From: an uncultured archaeon
GTDB lineage: Archaea; Aenigmatarchaeota; Aenigmatarchaeia; GW2011-AR5
Assembly (NCBI GenBank): GCA_964373255.1
Contig: CAYJTG010000003.1
Span: 25,759 to 89,758 of the forward strand
DNA length: 64,000 bases
Reading direction: 5' to 3'
Each line of letters begins with the position of its first letter. Within the stretch, counting starts at the first letter, position 1. Below the pieces are notes generated by a model. The model was given only the letters and a program-made list of their open reading frames with translations, was not told the DNA's origin and made no database searches. The translations under genes were made by a program, and so were the position numbers. This document shows positions 28,644-39,066 of this stretch, one piece after another.

Positions 28644-29797
28644 TTAATCAGCTTTGTTGCATTGTATAAATCAAGATATTTATTAAGTACTTTTTGCTTG
28701 TCGAATTTTTTTGATAATTTTATCGATTCCTGTGACATTATTTTTGAAGTTTTTTTATTTGAAAGTATGTATATTATAGCCTTTGATATATCATCGCTAT
28801 TTTTCCGCCTGACAAATACAGCGCACCGGCGGTTAAGTACTTCTTTTGTCCCGGAAACCTTTGTAGCTATTACCGGAAGACCTGCTGTAATAGCTTCCAT
28901 AACCACAAGTGGCATACCCTCCCTGAGTGAAGGCAACACAAAGACGTCTGCAGACGAATATATTTCTGGTAGTTTATAGAATGGTACCGTACCTGCAAAA
29001 TAAACATTATTTTCTATCTTATATTCTTTGGTTACTTTTATCCAAGGATTTTCTTTCAAATCCTGTTCGTGTTCAAGACCACCAACTAACACAAATTTTA
29101 CATTTTTGAATTTTTCCGCAACCTTTTTTACAGACTTCAGCAAATATGGAATACCTTTTGTTTCTGTCAATTTTCCTACAAAAAGCACAACAGGCCCATT
29201 TATTTTGTTTTTTATTTTCCATGACTTGTTTGAAGATTTAGAAAATGTTCCTGATTGCGTAAAATTCTCTATAGTGATCACTTTATCACCTTTTATGCCC
29301 CTTGATATCATTCCACTTCTCATGGAGTCTGCAACGGCTGTCGCCATGTTAGACTTTTTTATCACAAAGCCCTCAAGCCTGTTGAAAACCCTGTTCGCAA
29401 CGCCTATCTCTTTGTCGGGAACTGTCCACGCAGGGCTGTGAGACGTATATACAATTTTTGTTTTCTTTGGCAGAAATTCTCTGAAAAGCATTATAGGAAA
29501 TGCCGTAAATGTAGTATGCATATGAAGTATGTCAGGTTTTATTGCTCTTATTTTCTTAATACATTTTATGCCGTACAACAAATCTTCTATGATTGCAAGC
29601 AATTTGTTGGATCTTATAGCTGAGTCTACAATCACGTAATCGGCGATTTTTTTGCTTGTCGATTTTCTTGAAACGATGCTTACATTTTCACCATTTCTTT
29701 GCAAATATTTTGCAAGCTCGTAGACTATTATTTCGATGGCCCCGCTTTTTTCAGGTGGTACAGATACCTGGCTTGAACATAAAAGCATTATACTCAT
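28640..29797 (-). CDS. GT4-family glycosyltransferase.
   Basis: GT-B fold. 'LPSLREGMPLVVMEAITAGLPVIATKVSG'. Confidence 0.8.
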   Translation of the reverse strand: MSIMLLCSSQVSVPPEKSGAIEIIVYELAKYLQRNGENVSIVSRKSTSKKIADYVIVDSAIRSNKLLAIIEDLLYGIKCIKKIRAIKPDILHMHTTFTAFPIMLFREFLPKKTKIVYTSHSPAWTVPDKEIGVANRVFNRLEGFVIKKSNMATAVADSMRSGMISRGIKGDKVITIENFTQSGTFSKSSNKSWKIKNKINGPVVLFVGKLTETKGIPYLLKSVKKVAEKFKNVKFVLVGGLEHEQDLKENPWIKVTKEYKIENNVYFAGTVPFYKLPEIYSSADVFVLPSLREGMPLVVMEAITAGLPVIATKVSGTKEVLNRRCAVFVRRKNSDDISKAIIYILSNKKTSKIMSQESIKLSKKFDKQKVLNKYLDLYNATKLIK

Positions 29798-29859
29798 TAT
29801 TTCACCCTAGAAATGTAAGTGTAATAAAGTCTTAAACTCTTAAGCATTAAAAATAGTTC

Positions 29860-30555
29860 ATGGAAGTTACAGAAATCGAAAAAATGTCTGATATCGAAGA
29901 CAATCATTGGTGGTTTTGTGGCAAAAGAGATTTGGTAAAAAAACATATAGGAAACAAATCTGGCTTACTGCTTGATATAGGTTGTGGGACTGGCGCCAAT
30001 TTAAAGGCATTCTCACAATCGGCTAATTCAGTTGGTGTCGAATTTTCAAAAGACGCACTTAAATTATGCAGAAACCGTGTCGATAACCATCTAGTAAGGT
30101 GCTCTGCGGAAAAACTTCCTTTCAAAAACAGCATATTTAACAGCATAACAATACTGGATGTTCTTGAACACTTGGATAAAGATGTAGATTCTATGAAAGA
30201 AATCAGGCGTGTATTAAAAATTTCCGGGAAGGCTATAATTTCTGTACCTGCTCACATGTTTCTATGGGACGAGCATGATGTTCTTCTTCACCACAAAAGA
30301 AGATATTCGATGAAAGAGCTAGAATGCAAGTTGAAGAAAACGGGATTTTATATCAAAAAAATTTCTTATTGGAACTTCTTGTTATTTCCGTTGGTTGCCG
30401 TTTATAAATTCTTAAATAATGGCACTGATACAAAAAAAACTAATATGTATCTAAATGCGCTTTTGTACTCTGTGCTTTCAATCGATAATTTTCTAATAAA
30501 AAGAATGTATTTGCCTATTGGTGTATCTATTTTTTGTGTTGCCGAGAAGCAATAG
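29860..30555 (+). CDS. Class I SAM-dependent methyltransferase.
   Basis: Motif I 'LLDIGCGTGAN'. Motif post-I 'ITILDVLEHL'. Confidence 0.78.
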   Translation: MEVTEIEKMSDIEDNHWWFCGKRDLVKKHIGNKSGLLLDIGCGTGANLKAFSQSANSVGVEFSKDALKLCRNRVDNHLVRCSAEKLPFKNSIFNSITILDVLEHLDKDVDSMKEIRRVLKISGKAIISVPAHMFLWDEHDVLLHHKRRYSMKELECKLKKTGFYIKKISYWNFLLFPLVAVYKFLNNGTDTKKTNMYLNALLYSVLSIDNFLIKRMYLPIGVSIFCVAEKQ

Positions 30556-31711
30556 CGTCTTCAAACGCATCTTCGTATAATTTTACCAATTTGTTCCAAT
30601 CGAAATCTTTAACCTTCTTATAATTGTTCGAGATAAATTTATTTCTCATAGTTTTGTTAGAAAGTATCTTAATTATCGCATTAGCCAATTTATCAGGATT
30701 TTTAGGTTCCACAAGCAGGCCGTTCTTGTTATTTTCTACTATTTCCGGAATTCCAGCAACGTTCGTAGTTATGATAGGGCAACCACTGGCCATGGCTTCT
30801 ATGAATACGATTCCAAACCCTTCATAAAGCGTAGGAAGCACGAAAACGTCTGCCGACTTGTAAGCATCTATTTTCTCCTGTTCGTCGAGAAATCCGATAA
30901 ATTCTATATTTTTGTCTAGCCCTAGTTTATGGCATAAGTTTTCTATTTCGTTATTTTTTTTATAACCTACAAAAACGCATTTTACATTAGGAAATTTTTT
31001 AATTACCTGTTTCATAGCTTGCACAAGATACTCTGGACCTTTGCGTGGTATTGGCTGTCCAACAAAAAGTATCATTTCTTCTTCAATCTCATATTTTTCC
31101 CTGAAGTTGCCTTTCTTTTTATTAAATATGTCAAGGTCAACTCCTATAGGCATATGTCTTATACGACCTTCTGTAACGCCAAACTTCTTGATTTCCTGCA
31201 TTTCCCATTGAGTGAGTGCACCTACGATATCGGATTTAAAAAGAGGCAAGTGGGAAAACCAGTTTTTTAATCTAAGTGGATTTAACGGAAACGAATTTTG
31301 CATACCATTATACTTTATTTGGTACGATAGTGGATCGTCTATTGTCTTTACTACATAAGGATCATGGTAAAGTCCCATAACGTTGTGAACCACTGGTATG
31401 TTTTTCATTTTCTTCCTTATCGTCGCATAACTGGATATGGAAGCCATAAATCCCATGAAATGCGCATTTATAACGTCAAAATCATTTTTTAGCATGTAGA
31501 CGAGAGAAGAAGGAAAATATGGATTGAATCTTCGCACATTTATACCGTCTATATTTTCTACTTTTCTTGCATCATGAATTTTCATGACAGAACTGGATGT
31601 TAGCACAGTTACTTCATGCCCTTTTTCTATTAGTTTTTTTGCCAACGCATACTCTGTCCAGCCTTTTATGCCGCGAACAACGCCACCACATGTTGTTATC
31701 AATATTCTCAT
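30527..31711 (-). CDS. GT4-family glycosyltransferase.
   Basis: 'VLPTLYEGFGIVFIEAMASGCPIITTNVAGIPE'. Confidence 0.85.
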   Translation of the reverse strand: MRILITTCGGVVRGIKGWTEYALAKKLIEKGHEVTVLTSSSVMKIHDARKVENIDGINVRRFNPYFPSSLVYMLKNDFDVINAHFMGFMASISSYATIRKKMKNIPVVHNVMGLYHDPYVVKTIDDPLSYQIKYNGMQNSFPLNPLRLKNWFSHLPLFKSDIVGALTQWEMQEIKKFGVTEGRIRHMPIGVDLDIFNKKKGNFREKYEIEEEMILFVGQPIPRKGPEYLVQAMKQVIKKFPNVKCVFVGYKKNNEIENLCHKLGLDKNIEFIGFLDEQEKIDAYKSADVFVLPTLYEGFGIVFIEAMASGCPIITTNVAGIPEIVENNKNGLLVEPKNPDKLANAIIKILSNKTMRNKFISNNYKKVKDFDWNKLVKLYEDAFEDAIASRQHKK

Positions 31712-31914
31712 AGATTTAGTAAATCTGTTAAATTTAAATATTAATGTTGTACACTATAGATGACCCTCCTTGCGTTTAAAACCGCAGGTTTTTGCTAGTG
31801 CTAAAAGAAGGTCACGTTATGTGTTCCTGCCATACGAGCACATCTCAGGGCTTGCCTATTTATGATTTTGTGCTAATTGAGATTTGTACAGCCCTCTAGA
31901 TACACGGTGAAAAA

Positions 31915-32604
31915 ATGAACCAAAAAGAATACTATAACAAAATAGCGTCTGAGGAAATTAAGGTTGTTCATGAGACTATACAGTTTGTTTCGAAGAGATT
32001 AGAAGATACTGTAGTATACAATTCTGGTTTAAATAAAAATGATGTTATACTTGATTTAGGTTGTGGTGAAGGTAAATTGGAAAAGAGGCTAAAAAACAAT
32101 TTTATAATAGGTGTTGATATTTCAATTGGAGAGATAAGAAAAGCAAAACTGGGTAAATTTGTTCTATGTGATGCAAACAAATTACCATTTAAGACTAATG
32201 CATTTGACAAAATACTTTCTATGGAAGTTATTGAACACTTACCAAGTCTGAATCAAGTGTATGAAACAGTTGCAGAAATGCATAGAGTTCTTAAAAATAA
32301 TGGTACTGCAGTTGTGTCGACACCAAATCGTGATTCTTTGATTTTCTTTTTCACTCACATTTTCAGGGGCAAAAGAAATCCTAATTCGGCACTTCATCCT
32401 ACAATGTTAAGCATGAATTATTTAAAAAAGATTTTCTGTAAAAATGGATTTATAATAAAAAAAATCCAAAGTTATCTACTTCCGCTTCCTTTCCCTAGAT
32501 ATGAACATATTACACCAGAACCTATACTAAAAGCCCTGTTCTACATTGGAAATATATCAAAACCTATAAGTACTGGATTTATAATAAAGGTTCAGAAAAA
32601 GTAG
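31915..32604 (+). CDS. Class I SAM-dependent methyltransferase.
   Basis: 'ILDLGCGEGK' and 'ILSMEVIEHL'. Confidence 0.75.
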   Translation: MNQKEYYNKIASEEIKVVHETIQFVSKRLEDTVVYNSGLNKNDVILDLGCGEGKLEKRLKNNFIIGVDISIGEIRKAKLGKFVLCDANKLPFKTNAFDKILSMEVIEHLPSLNQVYETVAEMHRVLKNNGTAVVSTPNRDSLIFFFTHIFRGKRNPNSALHPTMLSMNYLKKIFCKNGFIIKKIQSYLLPLPFPRYEHITPEPILKALFYIGNISKPISTGFIIKVQKK

Positions 32605-32630
32605 CTACGACGAGGAGATAATTGTTTGCA

Positions 32631-33296
32631 CTATTTTTTCCACGCCTTTACGATTATATTCTCACCAAGACTCATAAATGACTTTTTAAAATGCACCCCA
32701 AATCTAGAAAATATAGGCAATGACAAATTTGTATCTTTTATAAAAGCAATTTCAAATCCATGCATTTTTAGCAACATCGATAGTGTAGATTTTGTAAAAA
32801 ACCTTATATGTTGACCATCCATGCTAAAAGCTGGATCAGCTATCGAAATTCCGAATAAAAGGCGAATTCTATTCCAAATGCCTGCAAGATTTGGTGTAGT
32901 TATTATAAGTATCCCATTTTTTACAAGTACTCTTTTTATTTCTTCCAAAAAAGAATCTGTATCAAAAATGTGTTCTATTATCTCACCAGCGAAAACACAA
33001 TCAAAGCATTCATCACCAAATGGTATGTTATATTCTATATCATTTATAACTACGTTTATTTTCCTTGATTTGGCTATTTTAGCTGCACTTTTTGACAACT
33101 CGCATCCAAAAACACAGTTTTCATTATTTACAAAAAATGTGCTGATAGATCCATCGTAGCAACCAATATCAAGAACTCTTTCATTTTTTCCTAATAAGCT
33201 TTTGACTATTTCTAATCTTATTATATCTTGTTTGTGAGAATGCCATTTCGTTGAATAAAAGTCTGAATAATATTTTTTCTTTAGCATAAATATCAT
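32631..33296 (-). CDS. Class I SAM-dependent methyltransferase.
   Basis: 'VLDIGCYDGS' and 'VFAGEIIEHI'. Confidence 0.72.
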   Translation of the reverse strand: MIFMLKKKYYSDFYSTKWHSHKQDIIRLEIVKSLLGKNERVLDIGCYDGSISTFFVNNENCVFGCELSKSAAKIAKSRKINVVINDIEYNIPFGDECFDCVFAGEIIEHIFDTDSFLEEIKRVLVKNGILIITTPNLAGIWNRIRLLFGISIADPAFSMDGQHIRFFTKSTLSMLLKMHGFEIAFIKDTNLSLPIFSRFGVHFKKSFMSLGENIIVKAWKK

Positions 33297-34027
33297 TGAC
33301 TATGATCAATATAAGGCATACGTATAAATTTTTTGCCTAATGATTTAAAAAATCTAGGGATTTTGAGATTTTTATAACAGAATATATACAGATTATTAGC
33401 TGTTATTATATACCGATGTTTTATTCTATCATATACAGAATTTCTTCTGACCTTTTTGGCATATGCAATGGACTCGAAAAAACCGAAATCATTGAATTTT
33501 CGTGACTTTAGTATATTTTCATCAATAACTTTTTTTGGACCATTATGAAATCTGTCATGAAATGCTATAATTCCACCATCCGTAAGAAATGGTTCCCAGT
33601 TCTTAAAATCATTTAATGCGGCCGAGTAAGAGTGCTTACCATCGATCCATAAAAATTCGATTTTTTTATTCCATTTCTTGGCAGCTTTTTCTGAAGTTGT
33701 AATCAACGGTTTTACAAATTTTGAAACCCTATATTTTTTTATATTATTCTTAAATTCTTGCAGTGTGGAGATATTTTTCTTTTGAAAAATATCATGGCAC
33801 TCCCGACTTCCTATATGAGGATCTATAGCGTAAACGTCTACACAGTTACCTGCCATACTGCCTTTCGCCAAACAAATTGTAGATCGGCCTTTCCAACTTC
33901 CTATTTCAACTATGGACTTTCCTTTTGTACATTTTTTTGCATTATTATACAGAAACATACCTTCCCTTACAGTTAAAAATCCTTCAGTGTTACGTACTAC
34001 ATCTTTAATTATACTTAAAGATCTCAT
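33293..34027 (-). CDS. SAM-dependent O-methyltransferase, Methyltransf_24 / TylF-MycF-like.
   Basis: 'IVEIGSWKGRST' and 'LWIDGKHSYSAALNDF', typical of this macrolide/sugar O-methyltransferase fold. Confidence 0.55.
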   Translation of the reverse strand: MRSLSIIKDVVRNTEGFLTVREGMFLYNNAKKCTKGKSIVEIGSWKGRSTICLAKGSMAGNCVDVYAIDPHIGSRECHDIFQKKNISTLQEFKNNIKKYRVSKFVKPLITTSEKAAKKWNKKIEFLWIDGKHSYSAALNDFKNWEPFLTDGGIIAFHDRFHNGPKKVIDENILKSRKFNDFGFFESIAYAKKVRRNSVYDRIKHRYIITANNLYIFCYKNLKIPRFFKSLGKKFIRMPYIDHSQ

Positions 34028-34031
34028 GGAA

Positions 34032-34970
34032 TCACCCTAATTTTGATAGCCCTCTCCTGTGTTTTATATAGCCGACCCAGAAATGAATTGCACGAAAAGG
34101 ATTTAACACGTATAATAGAAATGCACTTCCAAAAAAGTCCCTGGATACGCGCCATAAATATGCAACTGGAATAAAAAATATTATGTTAATAATTGTAAAC
34201 AATAAATATTCTTTTATTATTAAGGAAAATAAAAAAATGGCATAAAAAATCATGAACAATGACAAATATGATAACGTCTTAAATTGTTGAATAAGCGACT
34301 CTTGATGTATAACCCTTCCGTACCAAATTGCCTGACGTTTAATTTGACTAAAAGTATATGGATCTTTGTGGTAAATAACTATATTCGGGGCAAAAACAGT
34401 CTTAAAATTATTCTGCATAGACCGGCGTGCTAGGTCTATTTCATCGTTGCCTATAAGGTTTTCATTATACCCGCCTATTTTCCAGAATGATTTTTTCAGG
34501 TAGCAGCTAAATGCCACATCGGGTAACCCAGCATTGAAAACAACAGACTTCTGCTTGTATTCCCATGTTTTTTTCCTGTATGCGAGTTGCGCTCTTCCTA
34601 TTATGTTCGTGGGTGGGACTGCGTCTGTCCTGTTAACAACTATATCTACATCATACTTTTGAAACGCTTCTACGACTTTCTTGAAATAATTTTTATCGAG
34701 CAAAACGGCATCGGCATCCATGAACTGAAATATTTCCCCGCGGGCTTTCCTCGCCCCATAGTTCCTACTTACAGTAACGCCTGCTTTTGGTATCATGAAA
34801 ACTTTTTTTGTATACTTTCTTGCTATTTTCACTGTATCGTCTGTAGATCCTCCATCAACAACGATTACTTCTATTTTTTTGTACGTCTGTTTTTTCAAAG
34901 ACACAAATAAATCTTCTATGTCGTGTTCCTCGTTCAAAGTAGGTATAATAACGCTCACAAGTTTTGTCAT
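34032..34970 (-). CDS. GT2-family glycosyltransferase with C-terminal TM helices.
   Basis: 'VSVIIPTLNEE', 'VVDGGSTDDT', 'MDAD'. Confidence 0.75.
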   Translation of the reverse strand: MTKLVSVIIPTLNEEHDIEDLFVSLKKQTYKKIEVIVVDGGSTDDTVKIARKYTKKVFMIPKAGVTVSRNYGARKARGEIFQFMDADAVLLDKNYFKKVVEAFQKYDVDIVVNRTDAVPPTNIIGRAQLAYRKKTWEYKQKSVVFNAGLPDVAFSCYLKKSFWKIGGYNENLIGNDEIDLARRSMQNNFKTVFAPNIVIYHKDPYTFSQIKRQAIWYGRVIHQESLIQQFKTLSYLSLFMIFYAIFLFSLIIKEYLLFTIINIIFFIPVAYLWRVSRDFFGSAFLLYVLNPFRAIHFWVGYIKHRRGLSKLG

Positions 34971-35962
34971 AACTTATCAATCTCACTAAATATTTTTTTG
35001 AATTGACCAACATTTTGTTTTTCCATGAACCCATTTCTGACAAACTTTTTGCATCTCTTTGATATTCCAAGTTTCTTATTTCTATCGTATTCATGCACTT
35101 CCATTATTTTGTTTGCGATGACTTCTGGTTCAATACTATTAATTATTAAATTTGGAAATTGTTTTGATATATACTCAGACACCCCGGCATTTTTGCTGAC
35201 AACAGGTATAACACCCGCCGACATGGCTTCAAGTACGCTTACTCCAAATACATCGAACTGGGCTGGATGAACATATATGGAACATTTTTCCATATAGGTT
35301 TCAAGATTCTTTACGTAACCTTCTACATGCACGCCTGGTATTTTTTCTCGTATAAGACGTCCTGATCTGCCTACCACAAATAGTTCCCATTCCTTATCTT
35401 CGTTCAAAATTTTGAACGCGTCACCAAGTTGTTTTAATCCTTTTTTTTTGTCCTTTTCCGCTATGAAAAGGAGTTTCTTGGAGTATATATCAGGCTTAAC
35501 GTGAAGAAAGGGTTGGGCACAGAATGGTGGGTGAACAAAAACTGGTACGTCAAAATACTTTTTTGTTAATTTCATGTAGTATTTAGTATCTGTTATAAAA
35601 GCATCAGACATAGATAGAAGTTTTATGATGAACTGACGTTTTTTGTTGTTGATGTTAGGAAAGTTGAACAGCGTAGATTCTTTCATAAAGGTTATGATTT
35701 TCGACCCGGTTGGTTTGCCACGCAGAAAAGGGTAGAGTTCCGATGGCCCTTCGCATAAATATACATCGTCTTTTGGGATTCTTAGGGAGTTTATAAATCC
35801 TGAACCTACGTTAGAAATTATTGGTATTGACTTTGGTATGCCAAACCTCTTCATGTAGAATATCCTGTCGCATACTGCTTCTGCGTATTTGAGGTTGCAG
35901 TAGTGTGGAGTAAATGTGAGAAAAGTTGTCATGTATATCATTATCCATTTTGATATCGTCAA
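34967..35962 (-). CDS. GT4-family glycosyltransferase.
   Basis: C-terminal 'VHPAQFDVFGVSVLEAMSAGVIPVVSKNAG'. Confidence 0.72.
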   Translation of the reverse strand: MTISKWIMIYMTTFLTFTPHYCNLKYAEAVCDRIFYMKRFGIPKSIPIISNVGSGFINSLRIPKDDVYLCEGPSELYPFLRGKPTGSKIITFMKESTLFNFPNINNKKRQFIIKLLSMSDAFITDTKYYMKLTKKYFDVPVFVHPPFCAQPFLHVKPDIYSKKLLFIAEKDKKKGLKQLGDAFKILNEDKEWELFVVGRSGRLIREKIPGVHVEGYVKNLETYMEKCSIYVHPAQFDVFGVSVLEAMSAGVIPVVSKNAGVSEYISKQFPNLIINSIEPEVIANKIMEVHEYDRNKKLGISKRCKKFVRNGFMEKQNVGQFKKIFSEIDKL

Positions 35963-36000
35963 CTCAATGTGTGAGATTCAATTATTAAAATCTAGCTCAT

Positions 36001-36912
36001 TTAATTCTGACTAAACCACTTTATAGTCTTTATAAGTCCTGTTTTCAGATCTGTTTCTGACTGCCATTTAAGGATTTTTTTTGCCTTTGATATATCTGGC
36101 TTTCTTTTGATAGGGTCATCGGTTCCAATTGGGGTGAATATTATATTAGATCTGGATTTTATGATCTCCTTTATTTTTTTTGCAAGATCAATTATTCTTA
36201 TTTCTGAAGGATTTCCTATATTGAACACATCATTATATTTTGAGAACGCTGCTGCGCATATACCATCTACAGTGTCTGTAACGTAACAAAAGCTTCTTGT
36301 CTGCTTTCCGTCACCGTAAATTGTAATGTCTTTGTTACCCAGTGCTTGTGTTATAAAATTTGGCATAACCCTGCCATCGTCTTTTCTCATTCTTGGACCG
36401 TAAGTATTGAATATTCGTAGTATGCAATAACTTATATTGGATTTTTTGCAAAATGTGTATGTAAGTGCCTCGCCAAATCTCTTTCCTTCATCGTAGCAGC
36501 TTCGCTCGCCAACAGGATTTACATTACCATAGTATGTTTCTTTCTGTGGGTGTTCCTTTGGGTCGCCATAAACCTCAGAAGAAGACGCATAAACAAACCT
36601 TGCGCTATTTTTCTTTGCAAGATTTAGCATATTATAAGTACCAAAAGAATTTGACATCATTGTTTCGATTGGCATATTCTTATAAAATTTCGGCGACGCG
36701 AGGGATGCAAGATGAAATATTATATCCACTTTTATATTTGCCTTAATCGGCTTTGATACATCAGCCTTAATTATATTTATTCTACCGTCTAGATTTGCCT
36801 TCGATCCAGAAAGAAAGTTATCGATTACAGTAACATCGTGCCCTTCATTATATAACTTTTCGCAAAGCCAAGATCCTATAAATCCTGCCCCGCCGGTTAC
36901 CAAGCATTTCAT
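36001..36912 (-). CDS. uxs: UDP-glucuronate decarboxylase (UDP-xylose synthase)-like SDR.
   Basis: 'CLVTGGAGFIGSWLCEKL', 'SSSEVYGDP...YDEGKR' (YxxxK). 303 aa. Confidence 0.7.
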   Translation of the reverse strand: MKCLVTGGAGFIGSWLCEKLYNEGHDVTVIDNFLSGSKANLDGRINIIKADVSKPIKANIKVDIIFHLASLASPKFYKNMPIETMMSNSFGTYNMLNLAKKNSARFVYASSSEVYGDPKEHPQKETYYGNVNPVGERSCYDEGKRFGEALTYTFCKKSNISYCILRIFNTYGPRMRKDDGRVMPNFITQALGNKDITIYGDGKQTRSFCYVTDTVDGICAAAFSKYNDVFNIGNPSEIRIIDLAKKIKEIIKSRSNIIFTPIGTDDPIKRKPDISKAKKILKWQSETDLKTGLIKTIKWFSQN

Positions 36913-37730
36913 TTATCATTCTCCTCCTCCATAGGCGGCGGGATTATAAGCCCTTCGTAGGCCATCTTGTTGGCATTTTCGTAAGCCTCGATAGTGCTGA
37001 TATCTATCCAGAATGGGAGCTTTCTCAAAAATCCACATAATTTATTTTCTGCTGCGAGTTGTGGAAAAAGCGAGTTCTCTACTTTGGTTTTTTCTCTAGG
37101 TAAAAGATCAAAAACATCTGATACCTCGATTATATAGTAGCCGCCATTCGCGAATTTCGATGGCGCTTCTGGTAATTTTGGCTTTTCGACAAATTTTTCT
37201 ATAAGATCGAACCCATTTACATTCTTTATTTTTGCTATTCCGAATCTGTTTAATTCATTTTCAGGAGCTTCGAACAATAGAACTGTCGAAGAAACGCCAA
37301 GTTCTTTTCTGGCACGATTGTGGTATTCTACCATTTCGTAGAGATTAAAATTGGTAAGGTTATCGCCATAAACAACAATTATTTGGCCTTTTCTGATGCC
37401 GAGTTCCTCTAGTATGTATCTTATGTCGCCTGCTGTTTCTTTTTGTGGAACAGGTATTGTTTTTATAGGAATTTTATAGCCTGCATTCTTAAGATAAAGA
37501 TCAATGCACATGCCATGTATGTGCGACAGTGTACGCTCCTGTATATCATCGCCGATTGTACCTGGTATAGCAACAATTATTTCGTCTACACTTGCATTGA
37601 CGCTCTTAATAACCCAGTCAATCATAGGGCTTCCTTTTATCGGAAGCAGTGGTTTTGGTATGCCATACGTGAGTGGCCTTAATCTCGTGCCTTTTCCAGC
37701 AGCCAAAATTATCGCTTTCATTTCTACCAA
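36909..37730 (-). CDS. Sugar-1-phosphate nucleotidyltransferase, UDP-glucose pyrophosphorylase-like.
   Basis: 'KAIILAAGKGTRLRPLTYGIPKPLLPI'. Confidence 0.75.
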   Translation of the reverse strand: MVEMKAIILAAGKGTRLRPLTYGIPKPLLPIKGSPMIDWVIKSVNASVDEIIVAIPGTIGDDIQERTLSHIHGMCIDLYLKNAGYKIPIKTIPVPQKETAGDIRYILEELGIRKGQIIVVYGDNLTNFNLYEMVEYHNRARKELGVSSTVLLFEAPENELNRFGIAKIKNVNGFDLIEKFVEKPKLPEAPSKFANGGYYIIEVSDVFDLLPREKTKVENSLFPQLAAENKLCGFLRKLPFWIDISTIEAYENANKMAYEGLIIPPPMEEENDK

Positions 37731-39019
37731 CAGACCCCTTCAAAGTTTTTTACCTTATCTTTGTTTAGAACCTTTCGCCCTTCAATAATTATGCTATTTC
37801 GCATAACAGAAAAATCTTTATCGGTCAAATTTTTAAACTCGTCCCATTCTGTAAGAATAAGGCACGCATCTGCGCCATCCAGCGCATCCGAACAGCTTTT
37901 TGCATACTTTATATAAGAATAGATTTTTTTGAAATTTTTAGACGCCTTTGGATCGTAAGCCACTATTTTGCACTTGTTTTTCTTTAATTCTGATACTACG
38001 TCTATAGCAGGTGAATCTCTTATGTCGTCTGTATTCGCCTTAAATGCCAAACCAAGCACAGCTATAGTTTTTCCATCGAGATTTGGGATTTTATTTCTTA
38101 AAATATCGACAATAGTTACCCTCTGGTATTTATTCAATTTCAGGATACTATCTAGAATACCAGCTTCATAGCCTAGTTGTTTTGCCTTGCTATAGAGTGC
38201 ATTTATATCTTTTGATAAGCAGCTGCCGCCGAACCCTACGCCTGCACTCAGGAACATATCGCCAATGCGCTTATCATATCCTACACCACGCGCGACATCG
38301 TATGTATCTATGCCTAGTTTTTTGCAGATATTTCCGATTTCATTTATCAGTGATATCTTTGCTGCAAGAAATGCATTGGAAGCGTACTTGACCATCTCTG
38401 CTGTTTTTACGCTCGTAATCATTACATACGCATTAAAGTCTCTATACAACGCTTTAACTACAGATTTTGTTTTTTCGTCGCTAACCCCAATAACTATTCT
38501 GTCGGGGTAAAGAAAGTCATTTATTGCTGAGCCCTCACGAAGAAATTCTGGATTAGAACATACGCCAAAATCTTTTCCGCTTTTCTTGTGCGAAAATTTT
38601 TCCATGATAGGCACTATAATTTCTTCCGTTGTGCCTGGTATAACACTACTTTTGATAACTATGACATGAAAGCCTTTTTTATCTTTTATAATTGAACCTA
38701 TTTGCTTGGAAACATTTTCAACATATGATGTGTCAACGTGATTATCATTCCTGGACGGCGTCCCAACGCAAATAAATGTTATAGAACTGTTGTTAACCCC
38801 ATACTTGAGGTCTGTTGTTGCTTTTATCAGGCGTGCCGTCTTTTTGAGCGCATCTTCTAAGCCTGATTCCGTAATCGGAGGCTTTTTTGCATTTATCTTA
38901 TCTATCTTCTTTTTATCTACATCAACGCATATTATGTTATGCCCTTTTAATGCAAAACCTACACCAGTACAAAGGCCTACATAACCTGCACCAATAATTG
39001 ATATACGCATGGCAACCAT
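37724..39019 (-). CDS. ugd: UDP-glucose 6-dehydrogenase.
   Basis: 'ISIIGAGYVGL' and the catalytic 'GFGGSCLSKD' Cys motif. 431 aa. Confidence 0.9.
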   Translation of the reverse strand: MVAMRISIIGAGYVGLCTGVGFALKGHNIICVDVDKKKIDKINAKKPPITESGLEDALKKTARLIKATTDLKYGVNNSSITFICVGTPSRNDNHVDTSYVENVSKQIGSIIKDKKGFHVIVIKSSVIPGTTEEIIVPIMEKFSHKKSGKDFGVCSNPEFLREGSAINDFLYPDRIVIGVSDEKTKSVVKALYRDFNAYVMITSVKTAEMVKYASNAFLAAKISLINEIGNICKKLGIDTYDVARGVGYDKRIGDMFLSAGVGFGGSCLSKDINALYSKAKQLGYEAGILDSILKLNKYQRVTIVDILRNKIPNLDGKTIAVLGLAFKANTDDIRDSPAIDVVSELKKNKCKIVAYDPKASKNFKKIYSYIKYAKSCSDALDGADACLILTEWDEFKNLTDKDFSVMRNSIIIEGRKVLNKDKVKNFEGVCW

Positions 39020-39066
39020 CCTATAAAATTCTTCGTGATAACTTTAAACAATAAATAAGCCTAAAA

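Noticed and set aside
31712-31726. 15-bp near-palindrome AGATTTA-g-TAAATCT at the GT4 / methyltransferase divergent promoter.
   Set aside because: It is short and AT-rich. That is easily expected by chance in AT-rich archaeal promoter DNA. Not reported as a feature.
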